Shown here piece after piece: positions 8,975 through 17,160 of a stretch of 32,000 bases of DNA; position 1 is the stretch's first letter; every line of letters starts with the position of its first letter. This DNA is from Promethearchaeota archaeon. GTDB lineage: Archaea > Asgardarchaeota > Lokiarchaeia > Sigyniarchaeales > Promethearchaeaceae. The notes beneath the pieces were generated by a model, which was not told the origin of the DNA, searched no databases, and worked only from the letters and a program-made list of their open reading frames with translations. The DNA lies in NCBI GenBank assembly GCA_016933055.1, contig JAFGBS010000009.1:270001-302000 (forward strand), written 5' to 3'. Made by a program: the position numbers and the translations under genes.

Positions 8975-9463
8975 GTGAAGTATCCAGACTATTTAGCGAA
9001 GTGTGAATTTGAAGAGTGGGAAGATTTTGATGAGGAATGGGAGATACGCAGACGGCTAGAGGACGGAGAAGGAGTTGGAAGGTCAATCTACTTAGAAAAT
9101 GACTATCCTCCTAACAAAGCATCAAAAGTTTACATTCATAATCAAGCTCGAACGATATTGAAGACAGCATTCGACATTATACCTCCAGACCAGTTTACTG
9201 TAAATCCAGATCTCAGGCAGCTATTTGGATATGTGTTAGAATATCAACCCCGATTCCTTGAGAGGTATTTAGAGGATATAATAGAGAAAAATGATATTGG
9301 AACCTTCGAGCCAGATTATAAAACATTCATGAAAGACCTTCAACCCTTGCTTGATATGGTGGTTATTCATGGATTTTGGGAAACGGCATTCCAGACCCAT
9401 GTTAGTATGCATCCCTACTACTATCATGATGTTATGAAAAATTATTTGATATCTAAAATCTAA
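8975..9463 (+). CDS. Hypothetical acidic protein
   Basis: 162-aa ORF with coding-like composition; no family recognised. Confidence 0.6.
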   Translation: MKYPDYLAKCEFEEWEDFDEEWEIRRRLEDGEGVGRSIYLENDYPPNKASKVYIHNQARTILKTAFDIIPPDQFTVNPDLRQLFGYVLEYQPRFLERYLEDIIEKNDIGTFEPDYKTFMKDLQPLLDMVVIHGFWETAFQTHVSMHPYYYHDVMKNYLISKI

Positions 9464-9477
9464 AGCAATTTTGAATA

Positions 9478-9502
9478 CTAAACAGTCCTCTAAACAGTCC
9501 TC
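9478..9502. repeat. Perfect 12-bp tandem duplication
   Basis: ctaaacagtcct ctaaacagtcct c (9478-9489, 9490-9501). Confidence 0.9.
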
Positions 9503-9535
9503 AAATCTTTAATTGTCATACTGCCTCTCATTTGT

Positions 9536-10258
9536 ATGGATAAGGATAGGGAAAGGAAAAAACATATCGTTGAACGGATATCAACCTTGATTGGTATCAT
9601 CTGGGTGTTTATCGGAGTAATTACAGGAGTAATTTTTCCTATGCTCTATATTATTCCTATGCTGTTTTCCTCTTGGATATTATTCGGGAGTTTTGGTGTG
9701 TTTTCTTGGGCTAATACATATTTGTTGATAGATTATCAGAATCCAAGAATTTTTGTAACATTGTATGTTGTTGAAGGGATTATATTCCTTGTTGGATTAA
9801 TGATTTTTTGCTCAAGCTTGGCTTATCTGGTTAAAGGGCGTTATAGAAAACAAAAATTGGTAACGAATGGCCCTTACAAATATATCAGACATCCTCAAAA
9901 CTTGGGAATTCTCTTAATGATTTTCCCATTTACTCTTCTGGTACCATTTTCACTTGATCCCGGAATTCGTTTTGGAGACTTTATGTCGTGGATCCTAATG
10001 GTTACATTAATGAGTATATCAGCAACGATTGAGGAAAAACTCCTTATTTCAAAAATTGGTCAAAATTATGTGACATATCGAACAAAAACCGGATTTTTCT
10101 TTCCAAAAATACGTAAAAAACTGGGAAGAGGGGATTTTATACTTTGGAAATATGTGTTACTCATTCTCGGAATTTATTGTTGTGTAACATTGATTTGTTT
10201 CGGGATAAACCAATTGCTGTTGAAATTGGATCTGGTGGGATTGGCTGGAGCATGGTAG
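9536..10258 (+). CDS. Isoprenylcysteine carboxyl methyltransferase / PEMT-family membrane methyltransferase
   Basis: LVTNGPYKYIRHPQNLG and EEKLL...Y..YR motifs; multiple hydrophobic helices. Confidence 0.85.
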   Translation: MDKDRERKKHIVERISTLIGIIWVFIGVITGVIFPMLYIIPMLFSSWILFGSFGVFSWANTYLLIDYQNPRIFVTLYVVEGIIFLVGLMIFCSSLAYLVKGRYRKQKLVTNGPYKYIRHPQNLGILLMIFPFTLLVPFSLDPGIRFGDFMSWILMVTLMSISATIEEKLLISKIGQNYVTYRTKTGFFFPKIRKKLGRGDFILWKYVLLILGIYCCVTLICFGINQLLLKLDLVGLAGAW

Positions 10259-10455
10259 ATAACATATGCACCAACACAAACTAGTCATCATAGGATGCTA
10301 TTTTACAACGTAACCAGAACCAACAGGTAATGGGGCACGCTAATGTATCAATCTACAACCGTGTAAGAACCAGATAACGAAACTAAGAAAGAAACGTTCA
10401 GTCTACCCCCCCTTTGCTTTATTTTATTACTTATTTAGACTCTGAAGATTTACAA

Positions 10456-10983
10456 TTATACGAAATTCATCATGAAATTCACAAATTTTTTACCCAGAAT
10501 TTTAATGCCTTGAATTGCAAATTCTCCTCGTGAAATCATTCCCGCCCTCATATTATGCCAAGCGTTCTGGATTTTGTCCCAATCGGTACTTAAATGGTCT
10601 TTCAGGTAGATTTCCAATTCATTGAGTTGATCCAGCGTCCCCAATATCGGCTCGATTTACGAGGTATAGGTTTTAATCAGTTCAAGATTCTCCGAAATAT
10701 CATCCAACTTATTATTTATTTCTCCTAATTTTCCACTTTCCGCTGCTTGAGAGGGAGTCATTTTCGTGTAGGATTGGGATTGTGAACCTCCGGATTTTTG
10801 TTCCTGTTCCATGTTTACTTTTATACCGCTATCTTGAACATTTTGGGATTGTTTCTGAAAATCTGTACTGGTTTGGGTTTGGGAGGTAGAAATAGGAGAA
10901 GGTGCACAATTGAAACAGTAATCACTATCCGGTGCAGCCAAATAGGTCTTACATTTTTTGCACATCTTCATGTTAGTCTTCAC
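10456..10983 (-). pseudogene. Zn-ribbon + low-complexity + helical protein interrupted by one in-frame TAA (ORF-track 10657..10983 plus 10456..10644)
   Basis: Junction reads ACC TCG TAA ATC GAG CCG ATA TTG GGG ACG in one frame: ...LELIKTYTS*IEPILGTLDQLNELEIYL..., a continuous amphipathic helix across the stop. Confidence 0.6.
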
Positions 10984-10992
10984 TTTGTTAAT

Positions 10993-11442
10993 TCATTGAG
11001 GTATACCACATTTATCGCAAAATGCCGCTTCAAACTTAATTTTCTCCCCACAATTGATACAGTGCTTTACTTCAATTGTTGGGGCTTGAACAACCACTTG
11101 TTGAGATTGTTGTTGTTCAGGTTTTCCTTCTTTTATTTTCGTCATATCTAGCTCATGTTTGGTTTTACACTTATTACATAAACCAGAATTTTGATCCAAG
11201 CAATTAGAACAGATAAATTCATCACAATTGTTACATTTACGAAGTTGATTCTTGAAAAACGATTTCTCACAGCGTTGACACTTTCTTCGTGATATATAGA
11301 GAGTAATAAAGGTAACAAAAAGCACGAAAGTACCGGCTCCTATATACATAAATGCAGGAAAACCATGAGTACCCATAATCATGAAAAATTTAATTATTCC
11401 AGCAAAACATATAGACAGAAAAATAAACAGTCCTTTTTTCAT
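10993..11442 (-). CDS. Membrane-anchored Zn-finger protein (two TM helices, CxxC clusters, C-terminal Zn ribbon)
   Basis: Two hydrophobic N-terminal segments; CQRC..CNNC..CSNC..CNKC; C-terminal CINC...CDKC. Confidence 0.75.
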   Translation of the reverse strand: MKKGLFIFLSICFAGIIKFFMIMGTHGFPAFMYIGAGTFVLFVTFITLYISRRKCQRCEKSFFKNQLRKCNNCDEFICSNCLDQNSGLCNKCKTKHELDMTKIKEGKPEQQQSQQVVVQAPTIEVKHCINCGEKIKFEAAFCDKCGIPQ

Positions 11443-11624
11443 ATATTTCCCTCCAAATTTGTAACAAGTTTCTTTTTTGTCTAATCAACATCTATTCTAC
11501 CCTTTCGGTTAAGTAGGTAATCCCTTTCACGTAAAACTATCGTAAAACAACGTCAAACTTATAAAATTGAAAATTTACGATACATCCGAACTCAATTGCA
11601 TTCTCACATCACAAACAATAGGAT

Positions 11625-11665
11625 TGTCTATCCGAGGTGGTTGATAGACCACCGATGGATAGGCG
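11625..11665 (+). other. Strong intergenic hairpin, candidate structured RNA
   Basis: tgtctatcc-GA-ggtggt-tgatag-accacc-GAT-ggataggcg; G-U pairs favour the + strand. Confidence 0.5.
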
Positions 11666-11933
11666 TAACAAAAGGCTACAAAAAGGTAACAACCCCCATG
11701 TTGCTTAAATACCCGATCAGATGTAATAAACAGATGTCCTTGGTGCGGGAACGTGATCCAAATGGAAGATCCAAAGCCGAATGCGTAGCATGAGGCATAG
11801 ATGCAAAACGTTTGATGGTACACCAAATGGATGGCACTTCTTACTATATACCCCCTATTCACCAACGTAAAATTTTTGGGTATCACGGAATAGATGTTGA
11901 TTAAGTAAAGGAAAAAAATAGACAATAGGGAGA

Positions 11934-12776
11934 CTATAGCGGAAAAAGTTCTTTATTCTTAAGGTGTTCTTGAAATTCCTTTACTTTTTCTTGGAACACA
12001 ATCATTGCTCGATCAATAATTTCTTTGATTGATATTGCCCCTGTGCTTTCTATAGTGAAAATATAACTATCTGGTTTAGCTTCGATGCTTACGGCTTCCA
12101 TAGGACAATTTCTCGCACACTCCTCACAGATAGTACATTCTTGCCAGTAATCTTTTACCATTTTGGCTTTTTTATTCGAAAAATCGATAATCTCCTCGGG
12201 ACATCGTCGTGCTGCAATGCATTGATCTATACAATCAGGGCATTTAGAGGAATCAATACTTACATTGGGAGTATATCCGAAACCAATTTGGGCAGGTTGC
12301 CACTTTGCATGATCTCGACCTTCTCCCAAACGAGCAAACGCTTCAAACACAAGAGAACTATTCTTTTGTAGCTTTGCGATAATGATATCATCATTGACTG
12401 GCTTGACAGCAGGATCTGTACTTTGAAGATCCCCACTCCGAACTATGTGTCCATCAAGATCTGCTTTGATACTACAAGTCAACTCAACTTGACAGAGAGT
12501 ACATCCTACTCCCCCACACGAACACTCATGTCGTAGATTATAATTTTTCAAGTCTGTAGTTAAAGGGATTAAACCTAATCGATGAGCAATAATCTCATCA
12601 AATAGAGGAGAATCATTTTCTAAAAAAATTACTTCGTCAATAGCCATGGTTGGTACTTCCGACAATACAACGCGACGAAAAGCATTCGCAAATTCTAAGG
12701 AAACTCCATCAAGTACAAATCTAACCATATCGATTTTGTCATTCTGCACTCTTTCAAAGACCGTAACTTTTACCAC
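11934..12776 (-). CDS. rpo3: DNA-directed RNA polymerase subunit Rpo3 (RpoD) with ferredoxin-like Fe-S domain
   Basis: ANAFRRVVLSEVPTMAI, DEIIAHRLGLIPL, G.GRDHAKWQP motifs; CTICEECARNCP; SD-like gaggt upstream of the GTG start. Confidence 0.96.
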   Translation of the reverse strand: MVKVTVFERVQNDKIDMVRFVLDGVSLEFANAFRRVVLSEVPTMAIDEVIFLENDSPLFDEIIAHRLGLIPLTTDLKNYNLRHECSCGGVGCTLCQVELTCSIKADLDGHIVRSGDLQSTDPAVKPVNDDIIIAKLQKNSSLVFEAFARLGEGRDHAKWQPAQIGFGYTPNVSIDSSKCPDCIDQCIAARRCPEEIIDFSNKKAKMVKDYWQECTICEECARNCPMEAVSIEAKPDSYIFTIESTGAISIKEIIDRAMIVFQEKVKEFQEHLKNKELFPL

Positions 12777-13138
12777 TTACATTTACCTCTTAGCAAACAC
12801 AAAACGAGTGATCTTGCTTTATTAGGCATTGAATTAAAATTTTTTGTCTTAATCGACTCCAGCAAGAGAACATTGAGATGGTATTCGTTTCCTACTTGCT
12901 GGCTGATAAATCAAAATAATAGAAATCATAATCAGATTTTGTCACTCATAGTCAAACTGATAACCAACTATACCTGTTCCCTAATTCAGTTTATTTTTAT
13001 TATTTTTGCTTTTAGATCCACTTTTTAGGTGCAATTCCTTAGATCCGACAGAAATAACATGGGAATATTACAGACTGATATAAACCTGAGAAAGGTTGTA
13101 CTTCATTGCTTAGAATAAGCTGATTTTCCAAATATTGT

Positions 13139-15196
13139 ATGACCTACACACAAAATTTCATCACCTACAGGAGTATTGAATCCCAGATGTCAGACTATTA
13201 TGAGAATTTATGTCCGTTTTGTGAGAACAATCTCCTTCTTTCTTTTTATTGCGAGGATTGCAATGCGGTCTTTTGCAATGATTGCGTTCATTATGCATTA
13301 ACTGATGAGTTGGTCTGTGCTTCTTGTGGGTCAAAGGAGATATCTATGGCTAACATGGCAGCGTTAGAGTGCAAACAATGTCATTCCCGGCATATAACTA
13401 CAGTACAAAAGCAGATTAAGACCTGTCCTAATTGCTCCAGTAATAGTGTAACAAAAATTGTAGATAAATTTGATCTATTAAGAAATCGCTTTAAACACAT
13501 CATCACCGCATCTAAACAATTCCTTACCCCCCTAGTATACGCTGTTGACACAATATCAATCCAAAAGGAAAAACTAATACGATTAAGGGAAGATAGCGTG
13601 CAAATTTGTCATTTTCCAAGATTGGAGATGGACATATTGCAACTTGTGAAATTATTCAAGGAGGGGAAACACTCTATTCAAACAAAAACCGGAGACTTTT
13701 TTCAACATATTAATCGAAATTTTAAAACATACTTCGAAATTGAAAAAACTCAACCGCGCTTGATTCCCGTACTTGAAGCAGAATTGGAATCCTTGGAAAA
13801 ATCTGCAGAACATATTCTTTCCTATGGTGATTACACTAATGAGAAATTAGAGGAAAAACTTTCCCAGATACGTACCAAAATTGACTTCATGAGTTCCTTA
13901 CAGCGCCTTTTTATGCGCTACATTTCTATTTTGAGTAACACAATGGAATATAATGAAAAAGCTGTTTTTGGTATCAGAGCTAAATTAGGTGATTCCAATC
14001 AAGCTGATACCGATGGGTTTGTGAAAAATGGAACTGTTTTATTAACCAATCGTAAACTATATTTTTTACAAGAAAAAGGGATTTTCAAGAAAAAAACACA
14101 TTTAGTGTTGATTCTCTCACTTGATGAATTGACACGACTTCGCCAAAAAGGATTTATTATCCCTAAATTGGTATTAGAGTTCGGTGAGAAACGGTATTGC
14201 TTCCAACTTGGAAAGAAAAATCTTGCCCAACTGGAAACTTACATCGAGAAAGCACGAGTTTTTGATAATAATAAAATTGACAAAGAGTTACTTTATGGTT
14301 TGAAACATATAGATGTAAGTATTCAAGAATTCCGGAATGCCTTAGAAAGTGCAATTATTTCGTTAATCGGATACAAAACTGCAATTTTAGAACAAGAGGA
14401 TCCATTTAGTACGAACCAATTTGATAGTTCACACTCAAGTCTAGAAAATCTCTATCAAACAAAAATTACTCAAGATTTCTCAGAATTTGCATCAAACGGA
14501 AACAAGCAAACTTCATACGGATTTACCTCTTCTAATAATCCATATCATCGACAATCCAACTATTCTTCTCAAGACATTCATAATCCAAATTTGACTACCC
14601 TCTATGATATATACCAAAAACGTGCAGTACCAGAACAGACACCGGAACCAGATCCTGCCATGCTACAGTATCATAAACATGGAACTATCTCTAATCCCTA
14701 TAATCTTAACCATGACAGATCTCAAGGCTTAAACTCAGGTTTTAAAGGACAATGTAATATAAATCCTCAACATTACCAATACATTGGAAAAGATAATCCC
14801 AATTTTTCGATGCCTACAAATCTTCCTAAAAATATTAAAACATCCTACCCGCTACGAACGAAAACTCACTCGGGTAGTATAATTAATAACTTAATGTCTG
14901 TTCTACCAGATGAATCCCCTCATATACCCCCGCCTCGGGAAATTCAGCAACAAAAGCATATCCCAGAAATTGACGTATCTACATTAGTTCCTGAGCAAGA
15001 ATATCCCGAAAAACTCTTACGCATGGAAGAACGCTACTCCTGGTTACAACGAAAACTCGACATCCTCAACAAACAACGGGATCAAGGAAAATTATCAGAG
15101 ATAGAATATTTGCGGTTATACGAGGAAGCCTACATGGAAATGTATCGTGTGGAGCGTCATATTGAAGAATTCAAAAAACTCAATTACAGATTTTAA
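13139..15196 (+). CDS. Multidomain protein: B-box-like/Zn-ribbon N-terminus, coiled coil, PH-like domain, low-complexity linker, C-terminal helical hairpin
   Basis: CPFC..FYCEDC..FCNDC plus three further CxxC pairs; PH/GRAM-like NGTVLLTNRKLYFLQEKG...KLVLEFGEKRYCF; N/Q/S/P-rich stretch; GKLSEIEYLRLY hairpin. Confidence 0.75.
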   Translation: MTYTQNFITYRSIESQMSDYYENLCPFCENNLLLSFYCEDCNAVFCNDCVHYALTDELVCASCGSKEISMANMAALECKQCHSRHITTVQKQIKTCPNCSSNSVTKIVDKFDLLRNRFKHIITASKQFLTPLVYAVDTISIQKEKLIRLREDSVQICHFPRLEMDILQLVKLFKEGKHSIQTKTGDFFQHINRNFKTYFEIEKTQPRLIPVLEAELESLEKSAEHILSYGDYTNEKLEEKLSQIRTKIDFMSSLQRLFMRYISILSNTMEYNEKAVFGIRAKLGDSNQADTDGFVKNGTVLLTNRKLYFLQEKGIFKKKTHLVLILSLDELTRLRQKGFIIPKLVLEFGEKRYCFQLGKKNLAQLETYIEKARVFDNNKIDKELLYGLKHIDVSIQEFRNALESAIISLIGYKTAILEQEDPFSTNQFDSSHSSLENLYQTKITQDFSEFASNGNKQTSYGFTSSNNPYHRQSNYSSQDIHNPNLTTLYDIYQKRAVPEQTPEPDPAMLQYHKHGTISNPYNLNHDRSQGLNSGFKGQCNINPQHYQYIGKDNPNFSMPTNLPKNIKTSYPLRTKTHSGSIINNLMSVLPDESPHIPPPREIQQQKHIPEIDVSTLVPEQEYPEKLLRMEERYSWLQRKLDILNKQRDQGKLSEIEYLRLYEEAYMEMYRVERHIEEFKKLNYRF

Positions 15197-15237
15197 TATA
15201 AGGTTCTCAATACGAATAAAATAAGAAGATAGAATGA

Positions 15238-15885
15238 TTATATATCAAGCTCTTTCTTTAGTTTTTCAATTTCTTTCTTGATTTTCTCCTTACTCTTGAT
15301 TTCAGGTTCTTCTTCCTCAAAATCAAAATCCAGTTCTGATTCTATACCTTCTGGAACTGCGGGCATCCCAGAAGCTTCAGTCATCAATAGTTCCGTTTCT
15401 AATTTCTGTAATTCCTCTTCCACATCAATTCCGAGATCGATTTCCAAGTCTCCAGCAAGTAAATCTCCCGCTTCCTCGATCTGCATGATTGATTCTTCTG
15501 CGCTATCCACTAATTCCATCGCCTTTTCTGGATTTACATTTGCAGCAATTTTTCCTAGTTCTGAACTACTAGCTTCAAGAGATCCAGTTACATCACTAAT
15601 AGTCTTCGCTTCATCAATTGCATCTAAATGACGTTCCAACTTCCCGATCATATTATAATATTTCTCAGATTTAAGCCGGTAAGTCTTCCATCGAATTAAC
15701 ATTTGTCGAGAAATATCCCGATTACCGGCTTTTAAAGCTTTCATTGCACGGAGACGTGCTTCTTGACTCTTTCGAGAGAATTCTTTGTTTTTCAGGTTTA
15801 GATGATGAATAGTTGTCTTAATTCTAGCCTGAGTCTCGACTTTATCAGCTTTTTTATTTTTGGGAAATAGTTTTTTGAAAACCAT
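15238..15885 (-). CDS. ESCRT-III Snf7-family protein (Vps20/32/60-like)
   Basis: N-terminal amphipathic MVFKKLF; basic helical hairpin (AMKALKAGNRDISRQMLIRWK); acidic second half with VEEELQKLE; MPAVP; C-terminal helix. Confidence 0.88.
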   Translation of the reverse strand: MVFKKLFPKNKKADKVETQARIKTTIHHLNLKNKEFSRKSQEARLRAMKALKAGNRDISRQMLIRWKTYRLKSEKYYNMIGKLERHLDAIDEAKTISDVTGSLEASSSELGKIAANVNPEKAMELVDSAEESIMQIEEAGDLLAGDLEIDLGIDVEEELQKLETELLMTEASGMPAVPEGIESELDFDFEEEEPEIKSKEKIKKEIEKLKKELDI

Positions 15886-16095
15886 GGTTTTTTTACCTTA
15901 TGTTGTACAATTAATCCAATTATTTTTAGTTTACCTATATCTATATGCTCTAGCTTTGATGAGCAGTATGTGAATAAAAAATTGAGTGGGGTCTACTTGT
16001 TAGTAATTTGTCGTCAGAAAGAATTATATAATAAGGTGATAATTCTAGCACGTTACCAATCGTTTAGGATGGGATTCATAAACTAATGTAGCTGC

Positions 16096-16103
16096 TAGGA
16101 GGT
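16096..16103 (+). promoter_or_regulatory. Shine-Dalgarno site of corA
   Basis: aggaggt ending about 7 nt before ATG at 16111. Confidence 0.65.
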
Positions 16104-16110
16104 ATTATAT

Positions 16111-17148
16111 ATGAAAGTCAATTATTTCTATATTGCTGATGAGGTTCATGGTCGACCTATTAGCGCGATACCTACCCGTGCAGAAATTGAGGAACTGGTT
16201 GATGATGGATTAAAAGATGAGTTCCATCCTGCAAAGATGAGTCAAAAATATCCATATTCTTTTATTGATATTACTTTGGAAAATCCTAAAGATGAGATTG
16301 AACAAAATCAAGAGGCACTTCGTCTAACACAATTATTAGACATTCCACAAGAAATTATAGAAGAAATAATTACTGATCAAAGACCTCGTGCAGACATATA
16401 TCCAGATTTCTTTTTAATTTTATTTAAATGCCTAACAGTCACTCAAGAAACCTCCACTATTACATTTCTTGAGCATCAAGTGGGGGTTATAATACGAGAA
16501 AATGTCATATTTTCGGTGCATAAAGTAATTCCCACCATGCCAATTATGCACGTATTTCGTCGATTTAACAAATATCCCACGAAGATAGCAAAAGGAGGGA
16601 TTTCCTTCTTTGTGAGTTCTTATTTGGACATCATGATTGATCAAATCTACGACGTTCTAGAAGTGTGGACAAAACAAATCAACTCCTATGAGAAAAAAAT
16701 TATTGAAAATCCCTCCAAAAGTATACTGTTGGATATTCTGGAAATGAGACACCGATTACTCGATTTAATAAAGATTTTACAAGCAGATCGTGAGATAGTT
16801 AACATCATTCGAAGCGGAACGAGTACTATTTTTTCCTTAGAGGATATTCCACCAGAATTGGACGACCATATTAAACATGTATTGGACGAATCTGATATTA
16901 TTAGAAATTTAATAACGGATCTATCTAATATGTATTATAATTCTCAATCTACTCGTTTGAACGAAACCATGAAACGCTTTACTTTTATAACCTCTTTATT
17001 TTTACTGCCAAGCCTTGTTGCAGGTATTTTTGGAATGAATTACATTGATAAATCAGGTACGAGTTGGGGATTTTTGGCTGTTATTGGTGGCATGATTTTA
17101 TCCGTATTAGCTCTATTCCTTTTTTTTAAGTATCGGAAAATGATTTAA
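16111..17148 (+). CDS. corA: CorA-family Mg2+/Co2+ transporter
   Basis: Two C-terminal TM helices with the GMN signature (AGIFGMNY); long stalk helix LNETMKRFT. Confidence 0.93.
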   Translation: MKVNYFYIADEVHGRPISAIPTRAEIEELVDDGLKDEFHPAKMSQKYPYSFIDITLENPKDEIEQNQEALRLTQLLDIPQEIIEEIITDQRPRADIYPDFFLILFKCLTVTQETSTITFLEHQVGVIIRENVIFSVHKVIPTMPIMHVFRRFNKYPTKIAKGGISFFVSSYLDIMIDQIYDVLEVWTKQINSYEKKIIENPSKSILLDILEMRHRLLDLIKILQADREIVNIIRSGTSTIFSLEDIPPELDDHIKHVLDESDIIRNLITDLSNMYYNSQSTRLNETMKRFTFITSLFLLPSLVAGIFGMNYIDKSGTSWGFLAVIGGMILSVLALFLFFKYRKMI

Positions 17149-17160
17149 AGAGTTGGTTTA

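Noticed and set aside
4000-10455. Integron-like cassette array (attC sites between island genes)
   Set aside because: No repeated RYYYAAC...GTTRRRY-bounded hairpins were found between the genes, and no integrase is in the window.
10993-10995. TGA between in-frame Zn-finger ORFs as Sec
   Set aside because: It is not at a Cys-equivalent position, it follows a normal Zn-ribbon terminus, and no SECIS-like structure was found in the minus-strand region 10260-10455.
12859-12902. 8-bp stem ccagcaag/cttgctgg in the rpo3 upstream spacer
   Set aside because: A single modest stem with no family signature; it could be an operator or chance.
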